64,000 nucleotides of DNA from Phallusia mammillata (taxonomy: Eukaryota), in assembly GCA_965637545.1 (NCBI GenBank), contig OZ281497.1, positions 29,884,001 to 29,948,000 on the forward strand. The letters are read 5' to 3'. Positions 25,801-40,800 of this stretch are shown here, one piece after another. The notes below the pieces were generated by a model. It was not told the origin of the DNA. It saw only the letters and a program-made list of their open reading frames with translations, and did not search any database. The stretch's first letter is position 1. Every line of letters begins with the position of its first letter. The position numbers and the translations under genes are program-made.

Positions 25801-28800
25801 TTATTCGTGTCAACAAAACAAACAAACATTATATTTATTAATAGACAAATAAGATTATTGTGAAAAACAAGTGCAATGACTAGATAATAAATAAGCGTGT
25901 AAACGAAGGTGCGAATTTAACAGTAAATAACGAAACTAAGTGAATACTGGTTCACGTTACAACATCATAACATCTCTATGGAAGGAAAGTCAATAAAACG
26001 TCACATGACTATCATCCAATCATTACCGACCACGTCTGTCGTGTCAATTTTTTTTTACTTGTGCATTAGGCTGACTAAAATTGATGGTTACATGTTTCGG
26101 TATATAATGGTGTCGTTGCAGGCTGAGAAGTAAGCATAGCTGTATATATCATATAAATATAAGGGTAAATATAAACAAAGAAGGCGTGGAAAATAAAGTG
26201 AAATGTGAAATTGTCCAAAGAAAAGTGTTAAGTTCGAGAAACACAAGATCAAGAACAAATGCATTAAAACATATAAAGTGCGCAAATACACAGACAAAAC
26301 AAAACTGTTGAAAGTCAAAGCACAACTTAATAAAGTAAAACTGAAAACAGTCTTGGTGCACAATACAAAAAGAAAATAACAATATTCGTATGCGATTATT
26401 GCAAGTGTCACAACAGACCAAAGTATTAATGCAACTTGAGCCAATATGTAGAATCGCCATGTGTATCGGTTGCCGATCATATGTCTGTAGCAGAAGTAGA
26501 ATCGTGTTGTCTATTTCTCTGTGTCTTGGTGGCAATATGCGCTTAAAATATACGAATATTTATTGAAATTTATACACATAACCAACTTGTATATCTGCCA
26601 TCTTGTCACACTTGTCAGTCTGTGATATTTTTTTATTAGTTTCATAACCTCTTTAACACTTCTATGACTTAAAGTTGCCATACATTTTTTGATAAAATAA
26701 AGTGTGTGCACGCAATGATATAAAAATATTCATTCAGAAACGTGCATAAAACCATTGCTACGCAAATGCGCCGCTTTAATTCGTTTGGAAATAAATACAC
26801 CCATTATTACTGAAAAGCAAATATTCTATCCAGGTATATTTTTCTTCTGACAACCGGCGTCTTCAAATGGTTATCTTGGGGCAAACGATTTAAAATTGTT
26901 AGGATAAAAAAATGTTATTTAATTTAGTAAATTAACTTTTGTGACGCCAGAATTTAATTTTGTCGTCACAATTGAAAGGACTCTTTCAATGAACTGGGAT
27001 AGTGAAAGACAAACAAGAAATACAAACCGTTATTTCGTTCCTAGTTTACCCGCATGCCAGAATGAAACAATAAACACAATTTAACAACAAACACATTTAA
27101 AAAAAAAATGCAAATCTAATGCTGGTTTTAAATAAATCCGGCCATGAAAAGTCGTAGCATTTATAGCAAGGAGCAATCCGAAGCGGTTGTGGTTTGTCTA
27201 TTTTTATTTACTAGCATTCGTCACTACGATCAATGTAATAACATTTGTTGTAAAAAAATTAGCTGAAGAAACTCAACCTCTCCGACAACAAGATCGGCAA
27301 CACGGGAGCAGCTTCGCTCGCTCCTTGCCTTCACAACATGGAAGAACTTATACTGAGAAGATGTGAGATCGGAAGTGAAGGCGTCGAGAAACTCTGCGAT
27401 GGAGTAAAAAAGCTAACAAAGCCGGTAAAAGTTGGTGAAATATGTGTTGTGTAAACTTTTTTAACAGCAAACATATCTGTTTGAGAAACGATAAACTATT
27501 TGCGCCAAAGCAAAATCCCAAATGCGCCAAATGAAAATAAATGTTTTGCATAATACAAACATCAGCATAAAAAAACGTTGATAGTATGGACTGATTTATT
27601 AGAAGAAGCAATGCAAGCCACACAGTGGTAACCAAATGACACCAGTATTATTGAGTAAAAAAAGCTGTAAAAATGGGTGGTATATAACACAGCATATAAA
27701 TGTAAATGTAATTTTTCTCAACTCACATATTTAGTTCTGTGCAAAGCAGTATTCACTTTTTTCTACAGGATTGACAATTATAAACACTGGCACAATGGCT
27801 AACAGTATACATTTACTGTCTTTGTAGCGAAAACTAGTCAGCTATATATTTAAGTATTTAAAAACCTTGGTCGCTATGACATATGCTGTACAGACGACTC
27901 CAGTTAACGGCATAATCCGGTTATTCGCAAAATCAATATGCCAATCCATTTGATGCGAATATACGAAATATGCTGTTAAAAGGTATGCGATTAACCAGTC
28001 GATTTTTTAATTAGCTACGGTTTAGGATTCACCATCTGTATGCAATTAATCGGATTGGGCGATTACCCTGTATTGGATTAACTGAATTCGTCTGCCAAGA
28101 ACTGAAATGAAACATACAACAAAACAATATTATGTAAAAGCCTATATCATACATGTGTCAAGGAACAGCATCAACGTATTGCGGTTAAACAACGTCCTTG
28201 GCTGCATATCTATTCGGGCGCTGGATAAAATTCTGGCTGTTATATCTGACGATGTGGCCGTTCGCCAAAGGTGTTGTAGAATAGTAGCCGATTGTCCAGT
28301 ATCTATATAAAGTGGAGTTGAAAAAAGACCAAGCTAATCTGATAAAACTTCAAACGAAGCACAGTGTTTTGCAATTACTTGTTAGATTGCGTCATTGTCT
28401 TGTTTTTGCAAAGACATCTGGAAAAACGAAGTTTGCTAAGCAGCTTTTGGTGTTCATCATTCCCCAAACACTGTTTGTTTGCAACTTACTGCAATATCGT
28501 TAAAACACGCTTCCATGTATCTCTCGATCACTACAGAGGAATCGGTAAAATCCATGGTTTAGGTAACAAGGGCACTGTCCCATCATTTCCGGACCGCGTC
28601 ATCAACTTGTATTTAACCACACAGTGTTAAAAAATGCACTTCTCGACGACATCCGACGACACATAAACAGAAGCAGAGGTTTTGATACCAGCAACGCTAA
28701 AATAAACACTTATAAGCCCTTCTATTCGAATGCGGCTACCGTTGGCACCAACAAAGCGGTGAGATGGTCACACCAAACAGGGTTTCAACTGTAAACAACC

Positions 28801-31800
28801 TTACACAAATATAAACAATTAAAATCAAGGCAAAACTGCGTAACTTCAACGTTAATAAACAGCACGATTGCGACACTCTATATCACCACGTTTACAACCA
28901 TTCATAAAAGGAAATTCAATAAAACGTAACATGACTAATATCCAATCATTACCAAGCACGCATGTCGGGTAAAAACTCTACTTGTGCGTTAGGCTGGCTG
29001 AAAATGATTGTTACATGTTTCGGCATAATGGTGTCGTTGCAGGCTGAGAAGTAAACATAGTTGTATATATCATATAAATATAAGGGTAAATATAAGCAAA
29101 GAAGAAATGTGAAATTGTCCAAATAAAAGTGTTAAGTTCGATATACACAAGAGCAAGAACAAATGCATTAAAAGATAAAAAGTGCGCAAAAACACAGACA
29201 AAACAAAACTGTTGAAAGTAAAACTGAAAACAGTCTTGGTGCACAATACAAAAAGAAAATAACAATATTCGTATGCGATTATTGCAAGTGTCACAACAGA
29301 CCAAAGTATTAATGCAACTTGAGCCAATATGTAGAATCGCCATGTGTATCGGTTGCCGATCATATGTCTGTAGCAGAAGTAGAATCGTGTTGTCTATATT
29401 TCTGGTGGCAATACACGAATATTTATTGAAATTCATTCACATAACCAACTTGTATATCGGCCATCTTGTCACACTTGTCAGTCTATAATTATTTGCTATT
29501 TGTTTCATATCCTCTTTAGCACTTCTATGACTTAAAGTTTGCATACATTTTTTGATAAAATAAAGTGTTTGCACGCAATGATATAAAAATGTTTATTCAG
29601 AAACGTGAATAAAACCATTGCTACGCAAATGCGCCACTGTAAATCGTTTGGAAATAAATAAAACCATTATTATTGAAAAAGCAAACATTCTTTCCAGGTA
29701 TATTTTTCTTCTGACAACCGGCGTCTTATAGCGATTGATTTTGGGCAAAAGATTTTAAAATGTTAGGATAAAAAAATGTTTTTTTAGTCAATCAACTTTT
29801 GTGATCCCAGAATTTTGTTTTGTCGTCACATTTGAAAGGACTCTTTGTATAAACCGGAATAGTGAAAGACAAACGAAAAATACAAACCGTTATTTCGTTC
29901 TTAGATTACCCGCATGCCAGAATGATAATTTAGCTTCGAAAAGCTTAAAAAACACAAATTAGAAATGCGCAAAAAGTCTCTTTCCCATAAAATGCTAAAA
30001 ACTTAATAAACTTAATAATTTGGTCGCAACAACCAACACAAAATTTCAACAACATATAAAGGTAGAAAACACAGTCATTATGTCGCCATTTAAAATTGAT
30101 TGTGGTGTTTTCATACTAGCCATTATGTCGTCATTCATTTAGGAGAAAAACCAAACGCTTTGTACAACCACGAAAGAAATAAGTTTTCCAATAAACGAAA
30201 CAAATGAGGTCAAAGTTTAGTTTTTGCAATATACGCCAAGATTTTATCGAATTTGATCAACATTTATCAAAATATGAGCGTAAGAAGAGCAAATACTGTA
30301 GGTCAATATCATCTAGTAATCATAGGCAAAATACACATACGTAACCAACTGCTTTTTGCATTAAAGGCCAATAAGTCCCTCTTATGGTGTTGCTGTGTTG
30401 TTTTTTGTTACAATTTGTTTGGTTGGTTTTACGAAGGTTCAAGCCGTAATCCCGGCGCCAACAGGTATTTGTTGAAATAATGTCAAAGTTAGACTCAAAA
30501 TTCAGATTTACCACGGCCAAATGTGATCTAATGGTAGAGTCAGGCCCGAATCTAGCCTGTTTCATTGAAACTCAAACCTGGCACTATTTCCAACTTAAGG
30601 TTATAATTGCCGGTCCAAACCAAACTAACTGACTTGTCCGAAAAAGCAAATAAACAAACATGCAAACTATAGTTTTAAAAAAGTATCAGGCGAAAACGAC
30701 GCTAGTTTAGATCTAAAACAAACAACTTTGTCACAGCCTGGTGTTTCTATAGCACGGTGGGCAACCTTTTAGCGCCGCGATCCAAATAAAGTGCTGATAG
30801 TGGGAAGGCGCGCCCGAAAAACATAAAAATTTGCGCACAATGTTCAATAGTGGAGGAACCTTGGTGGGACCAGTTGAGTGGGCACTATATGCCACCCACC
30901 CGTATTAGGGAAAGAAGGTGGGGTTTGACGGGAAAAGAAATCTTGCCGAAGACTTTTAGAACAAATCATGTTATTAATACACTAAGATATGAATGACAAA
31001 AGAATAAATAACGAAAGTAAAAAGAAATTAAAGCAATTTAAATAAACATAAAGATAATAAAAAAATAAAAAAATAAAACACGGCGCAAGTTTTGGTTGAC
31101 CAGCTTAGATCATTATATTTTGTCTTTGTGTCGTCTTTGGTTTGTCAACAACATAAACTTAAACTACGAATTGTAAAATGGCAAATCACAAAACTCACAC
31201 TACGCATATAAACCTTGCGGAAGTTTGTGCCGTGGGAAATAGAAGTATCGTTATATGCTTATCCAACTTCTGGGGGAAGTTGTGTAGCGACTCTACAGAC
31301 CCGCGACTGGCGAAGCATCTTAATTGTGTCTTTCATGTTTGTCGCGCTTTGGGAATCATTCTGTTTTTGATCTTCACCAAATAAACAGCGAACGCTCGCT
31401 TTAGGTGTATTTTCTTAAGAGCAACGATTTCGGCGGGTTTGCAAAATGAAAAAATATAACAATATGTTTCAACGATATAAGCAATGTTTGGCAAAGCACA
31501 AGCTTCAGAAAAAACACAAATCTGATGGCAGGTTTTAATTAAATCCGTCAATGAAAAGTCGCAGCATTTATAACAAGGCGTAATCAGAATTTGTGTTGGT
31601 TTGTCTATTTTGATTTACTAGCATTTGTCACTACGATAAACATGATGATATTTGTTGTATTAAAATCAGCTGAAGACACTCGACCTCTTCCACAACAAGA
31701 TCGGCAACACGGGAGCATCTTCACTGGCTCCTTGCCTTCACAACATGGAACAACTTATACTGTGGGAATGTGAGATCGAAAGTGAAGGTGCCGAGAAACT

Positions 31801-34800
31801 CTGCGATGGAGTGAAAAAGCTAACTAAGCCGGTAAAATTGTTGAATTTCGATTTAAGTTATATACAAGATTTTATACGATTACAAATGTTGCAACCGGTT
31901 TATTTCAACCTCATTTATTCTAAAAAAAATGCATTTTATAAGCATGTAATTGTTCTTTACAGATATTTTTGTACTGACAACGGGCGGTTTAAAATAGTTG
32001 CTCTGGGTGCGAAAGATTTTTAAATATTAAAGGCAGTAATTGTCACTCTAACATACCTTTGTTGCGACAGCATTCGAATATGTCGTCACAATTAAATCAA
32101 CTGTAAAGTTAAAAGTAAAATTTTACACAACACAAAAAAGGTAGAAGACCAAGCAGTTCTGTCTTTGTTAAAAATTTATTGTTGTGTTAATTAATATTGA
32201 CATAAACGCAAACCGCCTTAAAGCAGAATTTGACATCAAAACAATTGTAGCGTAACTTCGGTAAATTAAAAAACATAATAAAAATAAAATATGTTTGGTG
32301 GGAATTAGTGACGCAACAGCAAAGACAATGTTATGTTAATGACTGAAATTTATTTTTGACCTGTTTCTCAACACAATTTAAACTAAACAATCAACTTTAC
32401 ACCATAACTATTTATTTCCATTTTTTGTTAAATTGTGTGTTCATTACAAGCAGTTGGTGATCTAAATTCCGTAATTGTATGTGACTTAGCACATGGGTCG
32501 GCAACCTTTTTGCACTGCGGACCGTTGTTGAAACTGGAATTTTATCGCGGACCAACCTTCAAAAAAATACAAATAGTTAGGAATAATAACGCCTAAATTA
32601 GTTTACAATCCCCGGGAAACACGGGAAAATGTATCAAAGCATCTGGCCTGAAACCGAAACTACTCGCGGACCTGACTCAGCATGTGACGCCAAAGAAGAA
32701 TCGTTTAAATGTAACTTTACTTAACTTGCGAATACTACCTGGTATATCTGTTGTGTAGATGTGAAACCGAAAAAGAAATGTTCCGTTGATTGACTGATAT
32801 TTATTTGAGTAGAAAGCAATTTAACCATTTTTTACATAATTGGAAATATAAACAGCACATGTATCTAAAATCCATGGTCGCTATGACATATGCTGTACAG
32901 ATAAATCCACTTTATCACATAATCATTATACAAAGCTTTCTTGTGAAGCGGTCGAAGTTTATTGAGCAGCGGCGTCATGTCCGAGTTATGTTATAGCGTG
33001 TAAGAGATAGAGCAAACCGGCCTTTAAACAAGGCAATGGCGATTAAAAGTAAACGGCAAATAGCACGCTTCGATGCGCACAAGCGAACACGGTAGTGAGG
33101 TCGCTACACTGGTGCGATGAATTATGCGAAAATCTGGATGGAAAACAGAAGTACTAATTTCCACTTCCGTAGTTAAAATGAAGTTACTACTACACCCGTT
33201 TACATCCCAGAGATGCTTCCTTTCTCTTTTTTGTAGCATGGCGTAAAAAAAAAACTTTCTCAGAACCAGATCAACTCTCACAAAACAGCGCAAAGTGTGC
33301 CTGTAATAGTTTGGACTGATTTATTGGAAAAAAAACAATTCAAGCCACACAGTGGTAACAAAATGACACCAGTATTATTGAGTAACAAACCGCTTTTGTA
33401 TGTAAAAATGGGTGGTATGTGACACACAATGAAAGAGTAAATGTAATTTTTTTCAACTCACATATTTGAATCTGTACAAAAGCAGTATTCACATTTTTCT
33501 TCAGGATTGACAATTATGAACACTGACACACTGGCTAACAGTATATATTTACTGTCTTTGCAGCGAAAACTAGGCAGCTATATATTTAAGAATCTCAAAT
33601 CCTTGGTTCCTATGACATATGCTGTACAGATGACTCCAGTTAATGGCATAATCCGGTTTTCGCATATTCAAAATGCCAATCCTTTTTATTCGAATATACG
33701 GATTATGCTATTAAAAAGGTTTGCGATTCCCAGTATTGGATTAACTTGATTTTTTTGCGTTTAACTGAAATGCAACATACAACAAAACAGTATTAACCTA
33801 AAGTATGTGTCATACGTGTGTCAAGTAGCAGCTCAAATGTATAGCGTATAAACAATACACCGTTCTTTGGCTGCATATCTGTTTGGGGACTCGATAATCA
33901 TCTGGCTGTCGTATTTGATGAAGTGGTCGTTCGTTAATGGTCGGCCATGCCCTGTTATGAGTCGATTGTCCAATATCTATATTAAGTGTAGTTAAGAAAT
34001 GACCAAGATAATCTAACGTAATTGCAAATGCAGCACGATGTTTTGCAAAACCTTGTTCGAGTGCATCCTTTTCTTGTTTTGCAATGACATCTGGAAAGCA
34101 CAAAGTTCGCTTAGCAGCATTTGATGTTCATCATTCCTTAACACTGTTTGTTTGCAACTTTTGTGTTCGTCACATACTCGACTGCTGCAACATCGGTAAT
34201 ACACGCTCGCAGTTTCTCTCAAACACTACTGAGAAATCGGTAAAATCCCTGGTTTAAGTAACAAGGAGATTGTTTGACCATTTTCGACTGCGTTATCAAC
34301 TTGTAGTTTACCACACAGTGTTGATTTCGCATAATAACTATGCCTAAAGTGCACTCTTCCACGACATCCAAAGACACCTAAACAGAAGCGGTTGTTTTAA
34401 TACAAGCCACGCTAAAACAAACGTTTATTAGTTCTTCCATTCGTATACGGTCACATTTTGCCCCGACAACGCGCAAATTACTTCGGCAAGACTCAATCTT
34501 GACGTTTGTGAGTTTCTTATTTACAGCACTTGACACTACACTGAGGGTGGCCCCGGTATCAATTAATGCGAACACAGAAATGCCATTGATGTTTACGTTA
34601 GCATACTTATACAGCACACTCGCGTTGGTGTTTATCCTATGAGTTATCGTATTTTGACGCTTGATCTCAGGCTCCTGATAGAGAAACGGTGTCGGTTGTT
34701 GGGCACTTGTTTGCAATTTACAGTCCTGTATACGCAATCTTCTTTGCCTGCGATTTCTCGCAAAATGCTTTTTGCCATTACAATTATAGCACTGACAAGA

Positions 34801-37800
34801 GGAAAATTTCTTGCTCTCATTTCGCACATCGCTTAGTTCGAGTCGCAGTTGTTTGATTTCCTCAGCCAAGCGTTTTAACTGATCGGTGACTGGGTCAACT
34901 TCAGGCTTTAGCAGGGCAACATCGATATACCGCGACGTTGTGCTGTTAACAACAAAATCCTCCGCGGCCCTTGCTCGACGCGACGCGTTTTCTTCGAGCA
35001 ATTTTCGCGGAGTCAGGTATATGCGAAGCGTGTGTCTCTAGGGCCGTTAAGCAGAGAAGTGTACAGCATTGAACTTTTTTTCAAATCGAACTAACTGGCT
35101 TGTCTAACAAAGACTCTTGTCAACAAAAACGACATGCAAACCAAACTAAAAGTCCTTACAAGGCGATGGTGTCGCTCATATAGGCTACCTCAATTTTTTT
35201 AACAAACCATCAACTTTGTCGCAGCCCAGTGTTGCTCTAACTGTTTGAGTCTAACACCAAGTCGCTCGATACACGCACAAGGTCTGATGTAAAAGTTATT
35301 GTTGGAAACAAGGCCAGTGCGTTAACACGCTATTTAATCACTGCAATCGAACTATTTGTGGTAAGAATCGGCATATTTATGAGTTATGATAAGAACTATG
35401 GTTCAGGCCAGAATTGTAATCTGACATGAATTTGGACCAAACCCGAAACTGCAGTTCCGAAATCCGGTCGGAACCAAACTTTTTCAACACACAAAAAGTT
35501 TCTTTGTACCAATAATCATTGCGTGTATCAGATTCGTGGTATGTCTTGGTCCAACAAGCGCTCCAGTCGTTGCAATTACATCCTGATTTTTGCATCTGAC
35601 GCGTTGTTCCGACATAACACCCAGAAAGAAAGCAACGTGTGTTTTGTTTGAACAATGCAACATACTGAGTTTGTGCCGGGAGTTATCGAGTACACTGGGC
35701 AACAAAAAAATATTTTTTTCCTGGTGTCTAGAATGTTTTAAATGATTTTGACTAATTCTAGTGCCCTGATTTCAAAAATGCAATCAGTTTATCTGTATCA
35801 CGTCTAGTTTTCCTGTTATGGTTCATCCACATTTGAAAAACAATCTATATGTATACACTATAGTGAAACTGGTTTTGAGTATTTTATTTGGAATTAACGT
35901 TGTTGCAAGAACAAAATTTCGAATTTAATTTTAAATGTAACAGGTGGACACACCTAACTAACAAAATTCAACACAAAAAAACAAAAAAATGTTTCAAATT
36001 TGTAAGTTATCAGGTATACCCCTACACATGTACTTTGGTAACTTTCGAAACTGAGTGGCAACAATACCGTCCCGTTTAATTGACCAAACCCGTTTTGCCC
36101 CTTCCCTGACCCGTTTTGTTTTACTGATATCCTGTTGGAACCTTTTAGCTGACTTCTCATCATTCATATCCCCTACGTTTTAAGGGCAGTGTAGCTTTAT
36201 ACTCATTTTCGTGCCGAATGTTTCAGACCGCCTAATGACTTAATTATGTACTCTTTCTAATAATTTCAGTCCCTTTCTACTGTTTTTGTCCATTACTGCA
36301 ATATTCCAGCCAACATTAGGTAAGTGGAGCCCATTGCTTGTCCTAAACTCCTAAGGCCAGATCGAAGTGTGCAAGATATGCATATTTGAACAGATCTTTT
36401 TTACTTTTTTGTTGTGTTGTATGGGTGTACACCAAAACATCTTGGTAATTCATGCAACAACGTATAGATGACCTAGCCACTATTAATTTAGTTTTACCAC
36501 CTTGCTTTACTAGCCTGAAAATCACTCCATAAAACACGTATATTTTAAAGTTACCGCTAGCCCGCACCAACCATTTTTAGACAGACCATAAGCATAGAAC
36601 GCATGTTCATGCTATAAAACTGACTGCACTGTAAAAAATGATGTGTATAATGTAACAAAACTTTAACAAACACAAAAAAGCATGATTTAAAAGTCATTGA
36701 ATCAATATGGTCAAAAATTTTGATTTTGTAAATAACTTAAAAAATTGATCTGATTGAAGAAAACCGTAATGATTTTTGAAATCAGCACCCCGAAATTAGT
36801 CAATATCAATTTTAACATTAAAGACACCAAAAATTGTGTTGGCCAGTGTCATCGATTAGACATTTTTTTTCACAACATCCACCACTAGAAGGAATGTGGG
36901 ATAGTAAGAAAACATTGAAAACCGATAAATTGTTTTAGCACTGGTGACGTCATAACAAAAAAGCGACAATAACATTTTTTTCAAATTTGAACGCAACTAA
37001 ACTTTGTAACTAACTTGCAACTACCGTATGCTCTCTAAATGGAAGTTTATGCTGCAAAAACAATTCCGTCGTGTCAAGTTGTCAAATATTTTCTTAATAA
37101 AATGTTGAATTTAAAATGGATAATAAATAAGTGTCCGCTTGCAATAATACAAAAATGTTTAATCGAATGCGTGTAGTCAACTAATGCTTAAAAAAACTAA
37201 AAAAATAAAATATTGAATGTTTTAAATTAATTTTCTGGGTTAAACAAGTCAAACGTTTGCATCAATGCGTAATCCAAAGATGTGTTGCGATGTCTATTTG
37301 TGTTTACCTCAATTTGTCTCTAGGGTAAATGTGATAATATTTGTTGCCTTACAATTAGCTTAAGACACTGAACCTCTCCCACAACAAGATCGGCAACACG
37401 GGAGCAGCTTCACTGGCACCTTGCCTTAACAACATGGAACAACTTATACTGATTAATTGTGGGATCGAAAGTGAAGGCGTCGAGAAACTCTGCGATGGAG
37501 TGAAAAAGCTAACAAAGCCGGTAAAAGTTGTTAAATTTTGATCTCAGTGATGTACAAGATTTTATATAATGACAAACGTTGCAACCTGGTTATTTAAACC
37601 TAATTATATTTGAAAATATTGTTCCATTTTTATAAGCATCTACACGTTATTTGCAGATATGTTTTTACCGGTGTCAGTCAGTTCAATTAAATTCCCTCCT
37701 GCAGTTTGCAAGCTATTAACTTCTGATTAGGCTTTCATGCATCATGCCACATAATTCCATAAACTGGGTAAAAAATGCTTTTGTTGATGTTTTCATGATG

Positions 37801-40800
37801 TGTTTTGAATCTTACCTACCCCCTTTACGAGGAAAGTTTTGGTTAAGCTCGCGGGATTTGCGTTTTATTTTTGTTGTTGAAAGAACAGGGTAAATTACTC
37901 TAAATTACACGAATGAATTTGTGCATGTAAACATGCTTAATAATCTAAAAGTACCTGAGAGATATCAAATTTTGAAACAGTTCATTTACCAATAGTTGTA
38001 ATTGTCCATAAAAAACTAAAATTCCTTGGATAATAATAGTAATAGGACAATGTAGAGTCCGGGAAACAAATCAATGCGGAACAAAAACAAATTAAATAAA
38101 ACGCACTGATTTGAGCAATGCAACACATACTGCGGTTGTTTAATGCCGCCAAAATATCGATTAGTAAAACATTGTATAGCAATATCGATTACAGTGAAAA
38201 AGCTGACAAAGCATGTAAACCTTGGGGAGTCACTACAATTGCAGTTTGTTTCAAACTTTAAGATTATAATTGCTGAATCAAACCAAAATAACAACAAGCA
38301 AACCATCATACGGAAAATCTGTACAAGTCGATACTGTCCCTCATACACACACTTTGTTTCAGCGATGGAGTGAAAAAGCTAACAAAGCCGGAAAAAATGT
38401 TGAATTTGTTTGCTTTATAGCAAAGATTTCTGTTGGTTTCGGAAACGATAAACTAATAACTATCAGACCTTATAAAATATTTTGCAAAATGCAATGATTA
38501 ATAGTATAATGGAAAATAATTACAACATAATTATTCCAAAACTTGATGAAATATTTTAAGGTATATGGTTATGTTTCACAAAAACGGTTTATGCAACTCT
38601 ATGTGTCAGCTCTAATAAGTCAGATTTATATTTGTCGGCTAATTATTTATTTCTACCCGGCCTAGCATGCCTAATGAACACATACGAAGGCTCGAGGTCA
38701 GGGTCGCCATTTTGGTTTGGCCGGCAATCAAGGGTCTCTGATCCACGAGCAAATTTTAGTTAATATTGGCCAATTTCGCGACCCTCGAGTTAAACTCAAA
38801 CACTTTGGAATTATTTGAGCATACCCTAAACTGACGGAGGTTAGCCTTTTCTTTAGCTCCCACCTATCCAAACTTTAACATTAAATTGACCTGTTTTTTT
38901 TAAATGGCGGTATATACTGGTGTGTGTGGGGAATTTCAACCGATGTGGTCGGTCCAGGGGTAATGATTGGTCAGGATGGGCTTTGGCGCATAACGCGCGA
39001 GAGCGGTGTACAATCTATGACGTCACGAAGCTATTTTTCTAGCCTGAAACACGTGCTTTCCTTGAGGAAAAAACTATACAATATAGCGGCTATTGGGCAT
39101 GGGCACGTAATGGTGTCATCGGTAACGTGTGTTTCAAGAATACTCAGCAACACAAATAAAAATATATAAAACGCCCGTTCGTGTCGACAGAGATGACGCC
39201 CTTTCTCATCGACAGAGATGCTTCCTTTCCCTTCACTGTAGCACGGCGTAAATAAAATTACTTTCTCAGAACCAGATCAACTCTCACAAAACGGCGCAAA
39301 GTCGTGATTTAGCAATGTACGCACACATTCTACAACATGGCACAAACCGTTTAGTCTTTGTGTTTTTATAGTTGTTTTTGTCCTTATACAGATGTTCGGA
39401 CTTATTGCCCACGAAAGTTTTCTTTGACAAAATTCAAAAGCAAAAAAGTGTGTTACGAAAATGTAGAAGAGAAAAAGATGAAGAGGCCTGTCTCATCTCC
39501 CACTCAGCAAGTCAAACTTTTGAACCATGGCCGATGAGTTACGTTTACTGTGTTTTGAGAAATCATTTACATAGAAATCCACTTTCCAGTTAGTCACATA
39601 TTTTGTTCAAAATCTATCCGATTATATAGATTATGTTATGAAGAGGTGTGCGATTAACCGGGCGATTTTATCATCAAATGAGCTACCGTTTTGGATTACG
39701 GTGTATATGCAACTAAACGGATTGTGCGACTAAACAGTATTGGATTAACTGGATTCGTCTGTAGCTGCGTCATAGCATGTTCAGGCATTTTTGGTTTGCC
39801 ATTTTATGATCTACCATCAAGTGCAAAACTCGTAGTGAAACAAACATGTTTTACGCCTTTTCTTGGTTCTGCTGCAATAACGGGCTGACAGTACCCAGTT
39901 CAAATTCTTATTAAAATAGCAAAATATAAAGCGATAAAAGACAAGCAGCGACAGTTATGAAGCCCCGACACAACCCAAGCTCATATCCAACTGCCGTCTT
40001 TCAAACCTCGTGGGGCCACGTCACGTTCAAAATTGGCTACAGAGACGTAACATATACATACAATGCAAATTTTGACGTTAACACTGCGTCTTTTCACTGT
40101 TAACAACAAACTCGTTCGCGTTAATTGCTCGACCCGACACATCTCTGAAGCTTGGTTCTTCCTTCGAGCAATTTTCGCGCGGTAAGGTCTCTGCAAGGCG
40201 TTTGTCCGGTTAGCACAGGAGGCAGAGAAGTGTACAGGATGGTGTTTCTTAGTTTGTTGTCTTGGTATCCAAGCGTTACAAGAGCTAATACGAAATCTCG
40301 GTTGGTTTCATTCACTGTTTGAGTGCGTCTCGCCAGTCGGAGCCTTACCCTTCTTTTCGTATAATTGCATGCAACTACGGCGGTGGCTCGTTTCTTGAAC
40401 TCCTCATAAGCCACAGTTTTCATTTTCAGTTTTCTAGAATGTCAAACTTGTGTAATATTGTTAACGATATGAATTGAAATTTCTTCTTCTCACAACAGCA
40501 GTCCTGGCATGCTCGCTAATTTTTGTAACGGCCTTTTTAGATTCTGTAGCAATAACGGGCTGTCAGTACTTAAATCGAACTGTATTGAAATGATAAAGTC
40601 TAAAAACGATAAAAAGCAAGCAGCACATATATAACAGTCCCGACACAACCACCTCTAGATTCTAACTCCAACTGCCGGCCTCTACCCTCCCTTGGCCCAC
40701 GTATCTTCGGCAATTCGCTACAGCAGTGGTTCTCAAACTTTGTTTGCTGCGAAGCTTCTCGAAAAAGTTTTCTAGATTTGCGACGCACCAGCAAATAAAA

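Larger units (their letters stand above)
25985..29930 (+). repeat. Intronic segmental duplication (25985-27100 ~ 28915-29930) flanking LRR exon A
   Basis: Long near-identical stretches, e.g. ATGGTGTCGTTGCAGGCTGAGAAGTAA...GAAGTAGAATCGTGTTGTCT in both. Confidence 0.9.

Noticed and set aside
26088-26535. Hydrophobic 128-141 aa ORFs (also 29011-29436 and 52430-52822) as membrane proteins
   Set aside because: They arise from T-rich or A-rich intronic/UTR sequence. The two duplicates differ by frameshifts and show no family motif.
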